64,000 bases of DNA from Eledone cirrhosa (lineage: Eukaryota): positions 38,998,001-39,062,000 of the forward strand of contig OZ024754.1 of NCBI GenBank assembly GCA_964016885.1. Direction: 5' to 3'. Of this stretch, positions 43,490 through 55,710 are shown in pieces; position 1 is the first letter of the stretch; every line of letters begins with the position of its first letter. The notes beneath the pieces are model-generated. The model was not told the DNA's origin. It made no database searches and saw only the letters and a program-made list of their open reading frames with translations. The translations under genes and the position numbers were made by a program.

Positions 43490-45800
43490 GTGTCGTGTAG
43501 GGTGGCGGTGGTGTGTCGGGTGGTGGTGTGTAGGGTGGTGGTGTCATGCAGGGTGGTGGTGTAGGGTGGTGGTGTAGGGTGGTGGTGTGTTGTGTGTGTT
43601 GTGTAATGTGGTGAGGTGTGGTGTTGTGTGTGTTGTGTAATGTGGTGAGGTGTGGTGTTGTATAGTGTGTTGTGGTATTGTGTAGGGTGGTGGCGTGTTT
43701 TGTTGTGTTGTGTTGTGTAATGTGGTGAGGTGTGGTGTTGTATAGTGTGTTGTGGTATTGTGTAGGGTGGTGGTGTGGTGTGTTGTGTTGTGTTGTGTAA
43801 TGTGGTGAGGTGTGGTGTTGTATAGTGTGTTGTGGTATTGTGTAGGGTGGTGGTGTGTTGTGTTGTGTAATGTGGTGAGGTGTGGTGTTGTATAGTGTGT
43901 TGTGGTATTGTGTAGGGTGGTGGTGTGTTGTGTTGTGTAATGTGGTGAGGTGTGGTGTTGTATAGTGTGTTGTGGTATTGTGTAGGGTTGTGTTGTGTTG
44001 TGTAATGTGGTGAGGTGTGGTGTTGTATAGTGTGTTGTGGTATTGTGTAGGGTGGTGGTGTGTTGTGTTGTGTAATGTGGTGTAGGGTGTGTTGTTGTAT
44101 AGTGTATTGTGGTATTGTGTAGTGTGGTGGTGTGTTGTGTTGTCTAATGTGGTGAGGTGTGGTGCTGTATAGTGTGTTGTGGTATTGTGTAGGGTGGTGG
44201 TGTGTTGTGTTGTGTAATGTGGTGTAGGGTGTGTTGTTGTATAGTGTATTGTGGTATTGTGTAGTGTGGTGGTGTGTTGTGTTGTCTAATGTGGTGAGGT
44301 GTGGTGCTGTATAGTGTGTTGTGGTATTGTGTAGTGTGGTGGTGTGTTGTGTTGTGTTGTGTAATGTGGTGAGGTGTGGTGTTGTATAGTGTGTTGTGGT
44401 ATTGTGTAGTGTGGTGGTGTGTTGTGTTGTCTAATGTGGTGAGGTGTGGTGCTGTATAGTGTGTTGTGGTATTGTGTAGTGTGGTGGTGTGTTGTGTTAT
44501 GTAATGTGGTGAGGTGTGGTGTTGTATAGTGTGTTGTGGTATTGTGTAGGGTTGTGTTGTGTTGTGTTGTGTAATGTGGTGAGGTGTGGTGTTGTATAGT
44601 GTGTTGTGGTATTGTGTAGGGTGGTGGTGTGTTGTGTTGTGTAATGTGGTGTAGGGTGTGTTGTTGTATAGTGTATTGTGGTATTGTGTAGTGTGGTGGT
44701 GTGTTGTGTTGTGTAATGTGGTGAGGTGTGGTGTTGTATAGTGTGTTGTGGTATTGTGTAGTGTGGTGGTGTGTTGTGTTGTGTAATCTGGTGAGGTGTG
44801 GTGCTGTATAGTGTGTTGTGGTATTGTGTAGTGTGGTGGTGTGTTGTGTTATGTAATGTGGTGAGGTGTGGTGTTGTATAGTGTGTTGTGGTATTGTGTA
44901 GGGTGGTGGTGTGTTGTGTTGTCTAATGTGGTGAGGTGTGATGCTGTATAGTGTATTGTGGTATTGTGTAGTGTGGTGGTGTGTTGTGTTGTGTTGTGTA
45001 ATGTGGTGAGGTGTGGTGTTGTATAGTGTGTTGTGGTATTGTGTAGGGTGGTGGTGTGTTGTGTTGTCTAATGTGGTGAGGTGTGGTGCTGTATAGTGTA
45101 TTGTGGTATTGTGTAGTGTGGTGGTGTGTTGTGTTGTGTTGTGTAATGTGGTGAGGTGTGGTGTTGTATAGTGTGTTGTGGTATTGTGTAGTGTGGTGGT
45201 GTGTTGTGTTGTCTAATGTGGTGAGGTGTGGTGCTGTATAGTGTGTTGTGGTATTGTGTAGTGTGGTGGTGTGTTGTGTTGTGTTGTGTAATGTGGTGAG
45301 GTGTGGTGTTGTATAGTGTGTTGTGGTATTGTGTAGTGTGGTGGTGTGTTGTGTTGTCTAATGTGGTGAGGTGTGGTGCTGTATAGTGTGTTGTGGTATT
45401 GTGTAGTGTGGTGGTGTGTTGTGTTATGTAATGTGGTGAGGTGTGGTGTTGTATAGTGTGTTGTGGTATTGTGTAGGGTGGTGGTGTGTTGTGTTGTCTA
45501 ATGTGGTGAGGTGTGGTGCTGTATAGTGTATTGTGGTATTGTGTAGGGTTGTGTTGTGTTGTGTTGTGTTGTGTAATCTGGTGAGGTGTGGTGTTGTATA
45601 GTGTGTTGTGGTATTGTGTAGTGTGGTGGTGTGTTGTGTTGTGTAATGTGGTGAGGTGTGGTGTTGTATAGTGCGTTGTGGTATTGTGTAGGGTGGTGGT
45701 GCGTGTTGTGTTGTGTTGTGTTGTGTAATCTGGTGAGGTGTGGTGCTGTATAGTGTGGTACATGGTGGTGTAGGGTGTGGTGTTGTATAGTGGGTTGTGC
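43490..45800. repeat. GT-rich ~70-bp minisatellite (length varies through internal GTGTT repeats)
   Basis: TGTGGTGAGGTGTGGTGTTGTATAGTGTGTTGTGGTATTGTG recurs at ~65-80-bp spacing. Confidence 0.95.
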
Positions 45801-46117
45801 TGTTGTGTTGTATAATGTGGGGTGTAGTGTAGGGTGGTGGTGTATGGTGTAGTGGGCAGTAGGATGGTGGTGTATGGTGTGATGCGTTGGGGTGTAGCAG
45901 TGGAGTGGTGTGGGTGTTGAAGGGTGGTATGGTGCGGTATGGAGTTGTAGTATGAAAGGTGGTATGGTGTGGAGGGTGGTATTAAGGGTGGTGTTGTGTG
46001 GTATGGTATGATATGGAGGGTGGTATTAAGGGTGGTGTTGTGTGGTATGGTATGGAAGGTGGTATGAAGAGTGGTGTTGAGGGTAATACACAATGACAGA
46101 GACAGACATAACACCTA

Positions 46118-46405
46118 AATATGAGGTAAAATATTAGAACCTACCATACTATGGTACATTACATGAGGTGAGATATTAGAACCTACCATACTATGGTACA
46201 TTACATGAGGTGAGATATTAGAACCTACCATACTATGGTACATTACATGAGGTGAGATATTAGAACCTACCATACTATGGTACATTACATGAGGTAAAAT
46301 ATTAGAACCTACCATACTATGGTACATTACATGAGGTGAGATATTAGAACACACAATACTATGGTACATTACATGAGGTAAAATATTAGAACACACAATA
46401 CTATG
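46118..46405. repeat. 42-bp minisatellite, ~7 copies
   Basis: Unit ATGAGGTGAGATATTAGAACCTACCATACTATGGTACATTAC. Confidence 0.95.
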
Positions 46406-46783
46406 AGACAAGTGCAGAGACAGATAAGATTGGAAACGAGAGATCTACCACCAACCTCTTCAGAAGAGAACTCAATACTATGGACAACATAGTATAAAGT
46501 AAATAATTAGAAAATATTAGGAACAACATGATATGATGTAAACAATTACAACAGGAAAGTTTACAACAAAGAAAAGAATTAAAACAAAATGGAAAAAAAA
46601 TCTAAACTAATTTTCTTCATAAATTAGGTTAATGAAGGCTCACGCTAATGTATATGTGTGTAATTAATGAATGCTCATACTGTGTGTATATATAAATTGG
46701 GCTAATGAATACATGTAGCAATATATATATATATACATACACATGTGCTCATTAGCCTTTATATACGCACACACACGTGTGTG

Positions 46784-46856
<73 letters not shown>

Positions 46857-47487
46857 ATGTAACATTTGTAAATCAGGGGCTAGTTGAGAGATAGAGTCCT
46901 ACCGGGGGCCAGTTGCTAATCGCTTTACCATGTGAGTGGTCACAGAAAGTCATGGCCGGCATAGACTGGTGTTCGGATTCTGTCGATCGATTGGTTATTG
47001 ATTAGGCGATACCCACTGGTGAAGCCGCTCAAACCGATTATGCATTGTTGCATAATATATGCAGACGGGTGATGCAGTGCACCTTACTGATGCATTAGTG
47101 CGACAGAAAGTCGAGTCCGGGAACCTTATAGGCACCCGTTTTACGTGTGTTGTGTTGAGGCAAATAACTTTGTGCATACTCTGGTAATGTACCTTACATT
47201 GCCCATGGAATGCGCTGAGATACAACCGGTACTGGCATTGATAAATATGCTGGGTCCGTCAACCCTTATTATTATATATATATATATATACATACACACA
47301 CATGTGCTCATTAGCCTTTATATATATACACACACACACATATATATATATATCATCATCATCATGTGTGTGAGAGTGAGAGAGTGTGTATTCAGTCACG
47401 ATAAAGTTGATCATATCTAAAAAGAAAGGTGGAACTCACAAAGAAGATGAATAATTAATGGAAGTTTCTTGTTATATGAAAAGCAAC

Positions 47488-50400
47488 AGCTAATCATGAA
47501 ATCAGATGAAAGAAACAATGTTTCCATTGGTCTTTCCATTGCTGATACTATCTGTCAGTCACAACTCCTGGCAGAAGAAAGGAGCTAATCATGAGATCAG
47601 ATCAAAGAAACAATGTTTCCATTGGTCTTTCCATTGCTGATACTATCTGTCAGTCACAACTCCTGGCAGAAGAAAGGAGCTAATCATGAGATCAGATCAA
47701 AGAAACAATGTTTCCATTGGTCTTTCCATTGCTGATACTATCTGTCAGTCACAACTCCTGGCAGAAGAAAGGAGCTAATCATCAGATCAGATCAAAGAAA
47801 CAATGTTTCCATTGGTCTTTCCATTGCTGATACTATCTGTCAGTCACAACTCCTGGCAGAAGAAAGGAGCTAATCATGAGATCAGATCAAAGAAACAATG
47901 TTTCCATTGGTCTTTCCATTGCTGATACTATCTGTCAGTCACAACTCCTGGCAGAAGAAAGGAGCTAATCATCAGATCAGATCAAAGAAACAATGTTTCC
48001 ATTGGTCTTTCTATTACTGATACTATCTGTCAGTCACAACTCCTGGCAGAAGAAAGGAGCTAATCATGAGATCAGATCAAAGAAACAATGTTTCCATTGG
48101 TCTTTCTATTACTGATACTATCTGTCAGTCACAACTCCTGGCAGAAGAAAGGAGCTAATCATGAGATCAGATCAAAGAAACAATGTTTCCATTGGTCTTT
48201 CCATTGCTGATACTATCTGTCAGTCACAACTCCTGGCAGAAGAAAGGAGCTAATCATGAGATCAGATCAAAGAAACAATGTTTCCATTGGTCTTTCTATT
48301 ACTGATACTATCTGTCAGTCACAACTCCTGGCAGAAGAAAGGAGCTAATCATGAGATCAGATCAAAGAAACAATGTTTCCATTGGTCTTTCTATTACTGA
48401 TACTATCTGTCAGTCACAACTCCTGGCAGAAGAAAGGAGCTAATCATGAGATCAGATCAAAGAAACAATGTTTCCATTGGTCTTTCCATTGCTGATACTA
48501 TCTATCAGTCACAACTCCTGGCAGAAGAAAGGAGCTAATCATCAGATCAGATCAAAGAAACAATGTTTCCATTGGTCTTTCCATTGCTGATACTATCTGT
48601 CAGTCACAACTCCTGGCAGAAGAAAGGAGCTAATCATCAGATCAGATCAAAGAAACAATGTTTCCATTTGTCTTTCCATTGCTGATACTATCTGTCAGTC
48701 ACAACTCCTGGCAGAAGAAAGGAGCTAATCATGAGATCAGATCAAAGAAACAATGTTTCCATTGGTCTTTCCATTGCTGATACTATCTGTCAGTCACAAC
48801 TCCTGGCAGAAGAAAGGAGCTAATCATGAGATCAGATCAAAGAAACAATGTTTCCATTGGTCTTTCCATTGCTGATACTATCTGTCAGTCACAACTCCTG
48901 GCAGAAGAAAGGAGCTAATCATGAGATCAGATCAAAGAAACAATGTTTCCATTGGTCTTTCCATTGCTGATACTATCTGTCAGTCACAACTCCTGGCAGA
49001 AGAAAGGAGCTAATCATGAGATCAGATCAAAGAAACAATGTTTCCATTGGTCTTTCCATTGCTGATACTATCTGTCAGTCACAACTCCTGGCAGAAGAAA
49101 GGAGCTAATCATGAGATCAGATCAAAGAAACAATGTTTCCATTGGTCTTTCCATTGCTGATACTATCTGTCAGTCACAACTCCTGGCAGAAGAAAGGAGC
49201 TAATCATGAGATCAGATCAAAGAAACAATGTTTCCATTGGTCTTTCCATTGCTGATACTATCTGTCAGTCACAACTCCTGGCAGAAGAAAGGAGCTAATC
49301 ATCAGATCAGATCAAAGAAACAATGTTTCCATTTGTCTTTCCATTGCTGATACTATCTGTCAGTCACAACTCCTGGCAGAAGAAAGGAGCTAATCATGAG
49401 ATCAGATCAAAGAAACAATGTTTCCATTGGTCTTTCCATTGCTGATACTATCTGTCAGTCACAACTCCTGGCAGAAGAAAGGAGCTAATCATGAGATCAG
49501 ATCAAAGAAACAATGTTTCCATTGGTCTTTCCATTGCTGATACTATCTGTCAGTCACAACTCCTGGCAGAAGAAAGGAGCTAATCATGAGATCAGATCAA
49601 AGAAACAATGTTTCCATTGGTCTTTCCATTGCTGATACTATCTGTCAGTCACAACTCCTGGCAGAAGAAAGGAGCTAATCATGAGATCAGATCAAAGAAA
49701 CAATGTTTCCATTGGTCTTTCCATTGCTGATACTATCTGTCAGTCACAACTCCTGGCAGAAGAAAGGAGCTAATCATGAGATCAGATCAAAGAAACAATG
49801 TTTCCATTGGTCTTTCCATTGCTGATACTATCTGTCAGTCACAACTCCTGGCAGAAGAAAGGAGCTAATCATGAGATCAGATCAAAGAAACAATGTTTCC
49901 ATTGGTCTTTCCATTGCTGATACTATCTGTCAGTCACAACTCCTGGCAGAAGAAAGGAGCTAATCATGAGATCAGATCAAAGAAACAATGTTTCCATTGG
50001 TCTTTCTATTACTGATACTATCTGTCAGTCACAACTCCTGGCAGAAGAAAGGAGCTAATCATGAGATCAGATGAAAGAAACAATGTTTCCATTGGTCTTT
50101 CCATTGCTGATACTATCTGTCAGTCACAACTCCTGGCAGAAGAAAGGAGCTAATCATGAGATCAGATCAAAGAAACAATGTTTCCATTGGTCTTTCCATT
50201 GCTGATACTATCTGTCAGTCACAACTCCTGGCAGAAGAAAGGAGCTGATCATGAGATCAGATCAAAGAAACAATGTTTCCATTGGTCTTTCCATTGCTGA
50301 TACTATCTGTCAGTCACAACTCCTGGCAGAAGAAAGGAGCTAATCATGAGATCAGATCAAAGAAACAATGTTTCCATTGGTCTTTCCATTGCTGATACTA

Positions 50401-50990
50401 TCTGTCAGTCACAACTCCTGGCAGAAGAAAGGAGCTAATCATGAGATCAGATCAAAGAAACAATGTTTCCATTGGTCTTTCCATTGCTGATACTATCTGT
50501 CAGTCACAACTCCTGGCAGAAGAAAGGAGCTAATCATGAGATCAGATCAAAGAAACAATGTTTCCATTGGTCTTTCCATTGCTGATACTATCTGTCAGTC
50601 ACAACTCCTGGCAGAAGAAAGGAGCTAATCATGAGATCAGATCAAAGAAACAATGTTTCCATTGGTCTTTCTATTACTGATACTATCTGTCAGTCACAAC
50701 TCCTGGCAGAAGAAAGGAGCTAATCATGAGATCAGATGAAAGAAACAATGTTTCCATTGGTCTTTCCATTGCTGATACTATCTGTCAGTCACAACTCCTG
50801 GCAGAAGAAAGGAGCTAATCATGAGATCAGATCAAAGAAACAATGTTTCCATTGGTCTTTCCATTGCTGATACTATCTGTCAGTCACAACTCCTGGCAGA
50901 AGAAAGGAGCTGATCATCAGATCAGACCAAGGAAACAATGTTTCCATTATTTTTTCCATTGCTGATACTGTCAGTTGCAAGTCCTGGTGG
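47488..50990 (-). repeat. 95-bp satellite, ~37 highly homogeneous copies, derived from SINE tail A
   Basis: Period of 95 (47521 to 47616). The unit is homologous to the reverse complement of 7725-7812 and to 56335-56415. Confidence 0.95.
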
Positions 50991-51548
50991 AATGAGTCAG
51001 GATTTGAACTCAGCATACACAAACCAGGATCAGATACCATGAAACACCCTGTCCAATTCTTTAAGAATTCCATGAATCCACCACTCCTGGACAGACACTT
51101 TATGAACCCCGAAAGGATGAAAGCCAAAGTTGAACAGGACCTGATTTGAACTCAGCAGGCAATGTGTTAGAATATATATACCAAGATATTTAATCCAACA
51201 CTGGTAATTTGTTGTTATATGAATAGTGTGGAGAAAATAGATATTAAAGTGATTATGAAGATGATGAAAGTGGTGTATGTGTGGGTGGGTGTGTTGGCTA
51301 GAAAACGTGAAACACTGTTCATATATGATGACAGTGATGACAATGATGATGGTCGTAATGATAGTGATGATGATAGTTGTGATGATGGTGATGATGAAAA
51401 TGAAGAGAATGGTGATGATAATGATGATGATGGTTAAAATGGTGACGATGACAGTGATGGTTAAAATGGCAGTGGTGATGACAATGATGGTTATAATGGT
51501 AGTGATGATGATGATGATGATGAGTGCGGTGGAAGATATTCAGAGAGC

Positions 51549-51764
51549 TTAATCCTTTAGCATTTACATTTCTCTATATGTACTATTATATTTTCATGGT
51601 AAAGGCTTTACCTCACATAATATCGAATCTATGAGATTTTGATGTTATTTATTTTAAGAACAATACCGTAACATAAATAGGAGCAGCCAGTTATGGCCAG
51701 TTTGAACAGAAAGAGGAGAGAGAATTCTGGCCAGATATGGCCGGTTTAAATGCTAAAGAGTTAA
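51549..51764 (+). mobile_element. Intact MITE family A (piggyBac-like, TTAA ends)
   Basis: TTAATCCTTTAGCATTTA ... TAAATGCTAAAGAGTTAA. Another copy lies at ~54590-54797. Confidence 0.85.
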
Positions 51765-52018
51765 TGCGATATTTAAATACTAGATTGACAGAATTGTTTC
51801 AAAGTTACAAGAAACCTATACAGACCAGAAAAACAGCAACAGGTCTATACAACTAAAAACAAACCAGCAACAACAACAGATCTATACAGTTCAGAAAACA
51901 ACAAAAAGCAAATTTCTCGATCCCACCCTATGTTGATATACAGATTTTGAGACACGCAGATGCCAAGACCTACAGATGTTGATCTACAATTTTTTTTACT
52001 AAAAATTTAATATAATGA

Positions 52019-52221
52019 TTTTTTTTTTTTTTTTCTAAAGCAAGCCACAATAATTATTTATTTACAATAGTTTATAACTTTGCCTATTAATCCGTATGGT
52101 GAGCAAATGGGGTCCCACATGCTGGCCTCCCCACAGCCCCGGCGGACAGGATGGAGAAGGCGTTTCCCCGGAGGGTGGTAAGGGAGATGCGCTGGAAGAG
52201 CCATTCCAACTCGCGAGGCTC
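52019..52221 (-). mobile_element. 5'-truncated CRE-like non-LTR retrotransposon 3' end with poly(A)
   Basis: Minus strand 52221-52087 encodes EPRELEWLFQRISLTTLRGNAFSILSAGAVGRPACGTPFAHHTD*, containing the LFQRxSxxxxRGNA motif. AATAAA and an A-rich tail follow (T run at 52019-52034). Confidence 0.75.
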
Positions 52222-52537
52222 ACACAGATGTTGACCTACAGATGTTGCCAAGATCTACAGATGTTCATCTACAATTTTTTGGACTTACAGATGTTGACCT
52301 ACAGATATTGACCTACAGATATTGATCTACAGATTTTAACATAATAATGTCTCTATTAACTAAAATCAATAGTCAATCAGCTGAGCTGAAACTATCACCT
52401 GGAGAAGCTACTAATCTATAGTAATCTATAACATTGCCAGAAACATCTACTAGCTATTCCCAATAGACAGATAAACTAGAGGCATCTGAACTGAAACATG
52501 ACTCAACTCTCTTGACCATGATTCACCCCTAAATGAT

Positions 52538-52927
52538 GGTTTCTGATTTAGGCACAAGGCCATAAAAAAAATGGGGGGGGGGCGATTAAATCAACCCCAA
52601 TGTGTGACAGGTACTTTATTTTATCGAGCCCCGTAAGGATGAAAGGCAAAGCTAACCTCGGCAGGATTTGAACTCAGAGCGTAAAGGGCAATAACTCTGT
52701 GCTGCATAGCATGTTACTGATACTCTAGCGATACTGCCATCCAAATAATTGTTTCTACTTTTGGCACAAGGCCAGCAATTACCCCAGTGCATTACTGGTA
52801 CTTTATTTTATCGACCCCGTAAGGATGAAAGGCAAAGTTAACTTCGGCGGGATTTGGACTCAGAATGTAAAGGACCATAACTCTATGCTGGAAAGCATGG
52901 CATCCGCCCCTCCACCGATACTGCCAA
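52538..52927 (-). mobile_element. Two tandem S1 SINE copies
   Basis: Copies at ~52538-52742 and ~52750-52927, each with the GGCACAAGGCC, GGATGAAAGGCAAAG and GATACTGCCA motifs. Confidence 0.85.
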
Positions 52928-53189
52928 AACCTGTTGAAGCCATAGCCATGTCCCCAACCCACCCCTGATAAAAAAAAGTGGTAGAACTGTGAAAAAAATG
53001 AATGTGGTAGAAGAAAGAAGAGAGGAGGTGTTTAGAGAGGAGGTGTTTAGAGAGGAGGTGTTTAAAGAGGAGGTGTTTAGAGAGGAGGTCACATCTTAAA
53101 CATTTGGACAAATTTAAAGACTGAAAGATTTACATATATCAGACAGCCTCACATACTTCTGAAAAGGAAGATAAATATAAAGAAAGGAA

Positions 53190-54290
53190 TGAATGGTGGT
53201 GGTGGTGATGGTGATGGTGGTGGTGGTGGTGGTGGTGGTGGTGGTGGTGATGGCGGTGGTGGTGATGGAGGTGGTGATGGAGGTGGTGGTGGTGGTGGTG
53301 ATGGTGATGGAGGTGGTGATGGGGGGGGGGGGGGGGTTATGGGGGTAACATTAGAAATAAAACAGAGGAATGGTGGAGGTGGTGGGTTTATGGGGTAACA
53401 TTAGAAATAAAACAGAGGATTGGTGGAGGTGGTGGTGGGTTTATGGGGTAACAGAAATAAAACAGAGGAATGGTGGAGGTGGTGGTGGTGGTGGGTTTAT
53501 GGGGTAACATTAGAAATAAAACAGAGGATTGGTGGAGGAGGTGGTGGTGGTGGTGGGTTTATGGGGTAACATTAGAAATAAAACAGAGGAATGGTGGAGG
53601 TGGTGGTGGGTTTATGGGGTAACATTAGAAATAAAACAGAGGAATGGTGGAGGTGGTGGTGGTGGGTTTATGGGGTAACATTAGAAATAAAACAGAGGAT
53701 TGGTGGAGGTGGTGGTGGTGGTGGGTTTATGGGGTAACATTAGAAATAAAACAGAGGATTGGTGGAGGAGGTGGTGGTGGTGGGTTTATGGGGTAACATT
53801 AGAAATAAAACAGAGGATTGGTGGTGGAGGTGGTGGTGGTGGGTTTATGGGGTAACATTAGAAATAAAACAGAGGATTGGTGGTGGAGGTGGTGGTGGTG
53901 GGTTTATGGGGTAACATTAGAAATAAAACAGAGGATTGGTGGTGGAGGTGGTGGTGGGTTTATGGGGTAACATTAGAAATAAAACAGAGGATTGGTGGAG
54001 GTGGTGGTGGTGGGTTTATGGGGTAACATTAGAAATAAAACATAGGAATGGTGGAGGTGGCGGTGGTGGGTTTATGGGGTAACATTAGAAATAAAACATA
54101 GGAATGGTGGAGGTGGTGGTGGTGGTGGTGGGTTTATGGGGTAACATTAGAAATAAAACAGAGGATTGGTGGAGGTGGTGGTGGTGGGTTTATGGGGTAA
54201 CATTAGAAATAAAACAGAGGATTGGTGGTGGAGGTGGTGGTGGTGGGTTTATGGGGTAACATTAGAAATAAAACAGAGGAATGGTGGTGT
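53190..54290. repeat. (GGT)n tract plus a ~47-60-bp minisatellite with a variable GGT run
   Basis: GGGTTTATGGGGTAACATTAGAAATAAAACAGAGGA[A/T]TGGTGG repeats ~18 times. Confidence 0.95.
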
Positions 54291-54917
54291 ATCTAAGCGG
54301 CAACATTAGAAATAGAACTGGGGAACAGTGGTGGTGTGTTTACGGGGCAACATTAGAAATAAAACAACAGAGGAATGGCAGTGTGTCTGTGGGGTAACAT
54401 TAGAAATAAAACTGGAGAATGCACATGAGAGGGTCAATAGAGATATACAAATACATATATATACACATAGGCATACATATACATACATATATGAAAAGTA
54501 CACAAGGAAAAACAACACAGGAGAATAAGACAACACAATGATGGTATATTAGTTGAATGCTTAACATAATTTCAAAGGGTTCTACATTACTCTAGCATTT
54601 ACATTACTCTATATATACTATTGTATTTTCACGGTAAAGGCTTTTACCTCACATAATATCGAATCTATGAGATTTTGATATTTATTTTGAGAACAATATC
54701 TTAATATAAGAATCATCAGTTAGTTTTGGTTGGTTTGAACAGAAAGAGGTGAGAGAATTCTGGCCGGATACAGCTGGTTTAAATACTACAGGGTTAACAT
54801 ACATCCAGCCATAGAAAAATCAAGCTACAAATGGATTGCATGAGCAAAACATGGTCACATGACCAGTCTAGCCACATTATGTGACAGCCCATTTGAAAAA
54901 TGGATGATAAACAGCGA

Positions 54918-54970
<53 letters not shown>

Positions 54971-55020
54971 CTCTCTATTAAGTTAGACATGGCCCAGGCC
55001 AATACTGGCCGAAAGCTATC

Positions 55021-55063
<43 letters not shown>

Positions 55064-55111
55064 TATAGATAGGTAAATATACACGGGTGTGTATGATTGT
55101 GTATAGAAGAT

Positions 55112-55505
55112 TATATTAATAAGAGGAATTCCAACTTTGTCTGATTTACTCGTTTTATTTACAATCCTTTAAAATATATATAATGGTATTATAATGAAAT
55201 AGTATGATAGAATATTAAATTCTAAGTGTTAATTGAACAAGTACTTTCATGCTTTCGCAATCTTCAGGTTCATGATATGTGGTGACAGTCGAGTTTGCAA
55301 TTTTCAACTGTGAAAATTGCAAACTCGACTGTCACCACATATCATGAACCTGAAGATTGCGAAAGCATGAAAGTACTTGTTCAATTAACACTTAGAATTT
55401 AATATTCTATCATACTATTTCATTATAATACCATTATATATATTTTAAAGGATTGTAAATAAAACGAGTAAATCAGACAAAGTTGGAATTCCTCTTATTA
55501 ATATA
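55112..55505. mobile_element. Perfect 195-bp-arm palindrome in (TA)n carrying two opposed minimal hammerheads (Penelope-pLTR-like)
   Basis: Arms at 55112-55306 and 55311-55505 around the loop ACTG. Confidence 0.85.
55345..55383 (+). ncRNA. Minimal type I hammerhead ribozyme (mirror copy on the minus strand at 55234-55272)
   Basis: TGAAC-CTGAAGA-T-TGC-GAAA-GCA-T-GAA-A-GTAC-T-T-GTTCA: 5-bp stem I, GNRA-capped stem II, and a 1-bp stem III with palindromic AGTACT. Confidence 0.75.
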
Positions 55506-55579
55506 TATATATATATACACATGTATGTGTATGAACATAGATATGTATCTATATCTATTTATTTATTTATTTATTTATT

Positions 55580-55710
<131 letters not shown>

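Noticed and set aside
47488-50990. CRISPR-like appearance of regular arrays (also 22.9, 53.3, 58.1 and 60.3 kb)
   Set aside because: The units are head-to-tail with no unique spacers, there are no cas genes, and the context is eukaryotic.
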